Part shown: piece after piece, positions 23,224 through 24,876 of the stretch
Position numbering within the stretch: position 1 is the stretch's first letter
Layout of the letters: every line of letters begins with the position of its first letter
Source of the DNA: Vulcanimicrobiota bacterium
GTDB taxonomy: Bacteria; Vulcanimicrobiota; Vulcanimicrobiia; Vulcanimicrobiales; Vulcanimicrobiaceae
DNA length: 24,876 nucleotides
NCBI GenBank assembly: GCA_019245995.1
Contig: JAFAQW010000230.1
Span: forward strand, 1 to 24,876
Direction of reading: 5' to 3'
Translations under genes and position numbers: made by a program
The notes under the pieces: generated by a model
Database searches by the model: none
Told to the model about the DNA's origin: nothing
What the model saw: the letters and a program-made list of their open reading frames with translations, nothing else

Positions 23224-24378
23224 CTAGCGAAGCTGGTCGAGCGTTTCGAAGAAGGCGTCGATCTCTGCGTCGGTGGTGTAGAAGTGCGGCCCGATCCGGA
23301 TGCCGCAGCCCGGCCGGTAATCGACGAACACGCGTCGCGCCACGAGCCCCCGGCAAATTCGCCCCGCATCGTCGAAGTCTATCCCGATCCAGCCGGTACG
23401 CTTATCCGCCTCTAGTGGTGAGCGGATGGACAGTTTGCGCTCGCGCGCAAGCGCGATAATCCGCTCGGTCAAGCGCACGTTCTTTTCCCGGATCGCGGGA
23501 ACGCCGAGACCTGCAATGAACTGATGGCCGGGCTGCGCCACCACGTACCCCGGAATCGTCGGCGTCCCGTTGCCGAAGCGGTACATGGAATCGGCGTAGG
23601 CGATCGGCGCGGGTTCGAACGCGAAGGGTGATGCGTGCGCCATCCAACCGGTCACGGCGGGACGGAAACGTCGGAGCAGGGACGGTTTCACGAAGAGCCA
23701 CGCGCAGCCGGGACCTCCGCATAGCCACTTATGCGATCCCCCGGTCGCGAGATCGAGGCCCAGCGCCGTCACGTCGTACGGATACGTTCCCGTCGTTTGA
23801 TACGCGTCGACGCAGAGCAGCGCACCAACCTCGTTGCACCGCCGTTGAATCGCTCCGACGTCCGCCACTGCCCCGGAAACGTAGTACGCGTGCGAAACGA
23901 CCGCGATCGCGGTGCGCTCCGTGATTGCCGCGACCAGCCGTTCCGTCGGAATCGTGCGTCCGTCGGGGGATTCCACCACGCGCGTTACCGCGCCGTACCG
24001 TTCCCACTCCCGCCATACGTAGGTCAACGAAGGGAACTGCAAAGCCTCGTAGACCACCTCGTTGCGCAAGCCGTTCCACGGCAGACACGTCGCTATTGCG
24101 GCCTGGAGAACCGACACATTTGGCCCGAGGAATACGGAGCCTGGCGAAGCGCCGATGATCTGGCCGATCCCGTCCGCGATCTCCGCGATTCGCGGAAGCC
24201 ATCGCTCCCAGGCCTCGGGACCGTCACCCGCCCACTCGTCCCAATACTGCTCGAGCGCGCCGCGCGCTTGCAGCGGCGCGGCGCCCATCGAATGGCTAAC
24301 CAAATAGGTTGACGTACTCAACACGGGAAAATTCGCCCGCGTCTCCAGCATGCGATCGCTCGAGGCGATCTTCGTCAT
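23224..24378 (-). CDS. kynU: Kynureninase-like fold-type I (class V) PLP-dependent enzyme
   Basis: YLVSHSMG, VDAYQ, GGSHKWLCGGPG (PLP Lys), GWMAH…F, GTP, VDYRP…RIGPHFY are colinear with bacterial kynureninase; ATGA-coupled to the TDO gene. Confidence 0.72.
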   Translation of the reverse strand: MTKIASSDRMLETRANFPVLSTSTYLVSHSMGAAPLQARGALEQYWDEWAGDGPEAWERWLPRIAEIADGIGQIIGASPGSVFLGPNVSVLQAAIATCLPWNGLRNEVVYEALQFPSLTYVWREWERYGAVTRVVESPDGRTIPTERLVAAITERTAIAVVSHAYYVSGAVADVGAIQRRCNEVGALLCVDAYQTTGTYPYDVTALGLDLATGGSHKWLCGGPGCAWLFVKPSLLRRFRPAVTGWMAHASPFAFEPAPIAYADSMYRFGNGTPTIPGYVVAQPGHQFIAGLGVPAIREKNVRLTERIIALARERKLSIRSPLEADKRTGWIGIDFDDAGRICRGLVARRVFVDYRPGCGIRIGPHFYTTDAEIDAFFETLDQLR

Positions 24379-24875
24379 GCGTAGGTGCCGGCGCCCAAGT
24401 AGGTTCGCACGGCCCAGAGCTCGGGAAAGAAGCGCTGCGAGAGCGTTCCTTCCAGATATTTGGCGCCGGCAGAGCCTCCCGTGCCCGGCCTCGCGCCGAT
24501 CATCCGCTCCACCATTCGGATATGGCGCCCACGCCAGAGCAGAAACCGCTCGTCGAACTCAATGAGGTCCTCGAGAAGCAAATATAAATCGTAATTGGCA
24601 TCGGCGTTGGTGTAGATCCGCCGATAACTCGCGATCAGCTCGTCGGACGAGCCGGTCGCGAAACCGCGTCGCCGCAACAGCTCCTTGACGCGATCGTACA
24701 ACGACGGCGAGGCACGCCGCCGTTCCAACCGCGCGCGCTGTTCCTCCGTGAGTTCGATCCACTGCAAAACGTCGGTGCGCGCGATGCCGCACGCAAACTC
24801 CAGTTCGCGAAACTGCACCGACTGAAAGCCGCTGGCGGGGTTGAGGTTATCCCGGAACTGGTTGAACTCTTGTGG
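24375..24875 (-). CDS. kynA: Tryptophan 2,3-dioxygenase, 3' part (gene starts beyond the right edge of the window)
   Basis: The frame stays open to the window edge and reads PQEFNQFRDNLNPASGFQSVQFRELEF; C-terminal WRGRHIRMVERMIG…GTGGSAGAKYL…FFPELWAVRT is the TDO signature. Confidence 0.95.
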   Translation of the reverse strand, partial: PQEFNQFRDNLNPASGFQSVQFRELEFACGIARTDVLQWIELTEEQRARLERRRASPSLYDRVKELLRRRGFATGSSDELIASYRRIYTNADANYDLYLLLEDLIEFDERFLLWRGRHIRMVERMIGARPGTGGSAGAKYLEGTLSQRFFPELWAVRTYLGAGTYA

Positions 24876-24876
24876 A

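Noticed and set aside
23213-23356. Longer MATE start at 23356
   Set aside because: It overlaps the kynureninase-like 3' end and encodes an Arg-rich, non-MATE sequence; ATG 23212 fits the operon spacing.
1-24876. Search for CRISPR arrays, tRNA/rRNA, IS elements, integrases, defence genes, tandem repeats and compositional islands
   Set aside because: None seen by eye: the window is nearly all coding with uniform-looking composition, and the only repeats are protein-level (TPR, CBS, MATE and M16 halves).

Overview
A GC-rich, very tightly packed bacterial segment with almost no intergenic space. No rRNA, tRNA, CRISPR array or mobile element was recognised. The overall gene style suggests a soil lineage such as Ca. 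Eremiobacterota, but this is unverified inference. Bases 117-10575 hold the distal part of a complex I operon (nuoF-G-H-I-J-K-L-M-N), preceded by the 3' end of an unidentified ORF. Next come a secreted TPR protein and a minus-strand pair (aldo/keto reductase then RidA) that diverges from a plus-strand run: aromatic-L-amino-acid decarboxylase, a membrane-anchored hypothetical protein and a secreted M16 zinc peptidase. The window ends with a six-gene minus-strand chain: tryptophan 2,3-dioxygenase (partial), kynureninase-like PLP enzyme, MATE exporter, soluble MgtE-type PRC/N/CBS protein, PucR/CdaR-type regulator and glutamine-synthetase-like protein. Most notable: (1) NuoL lacks both the conserved TM5 glutamate and its arginine partner; (2) the GS-like protein has a remodelled active site and overlaps its regulator gene; (3) the kynureninase-like enzyme has a non-canonical PLP-site signature; (4) two tryptophan/aromatic-amino-acid routes (oxidative and decarboxylative) sit close together with an exporter and a possible gamma-glutamyl ligase. 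All alignments to reference proteins were made by eye from memory, not computed.
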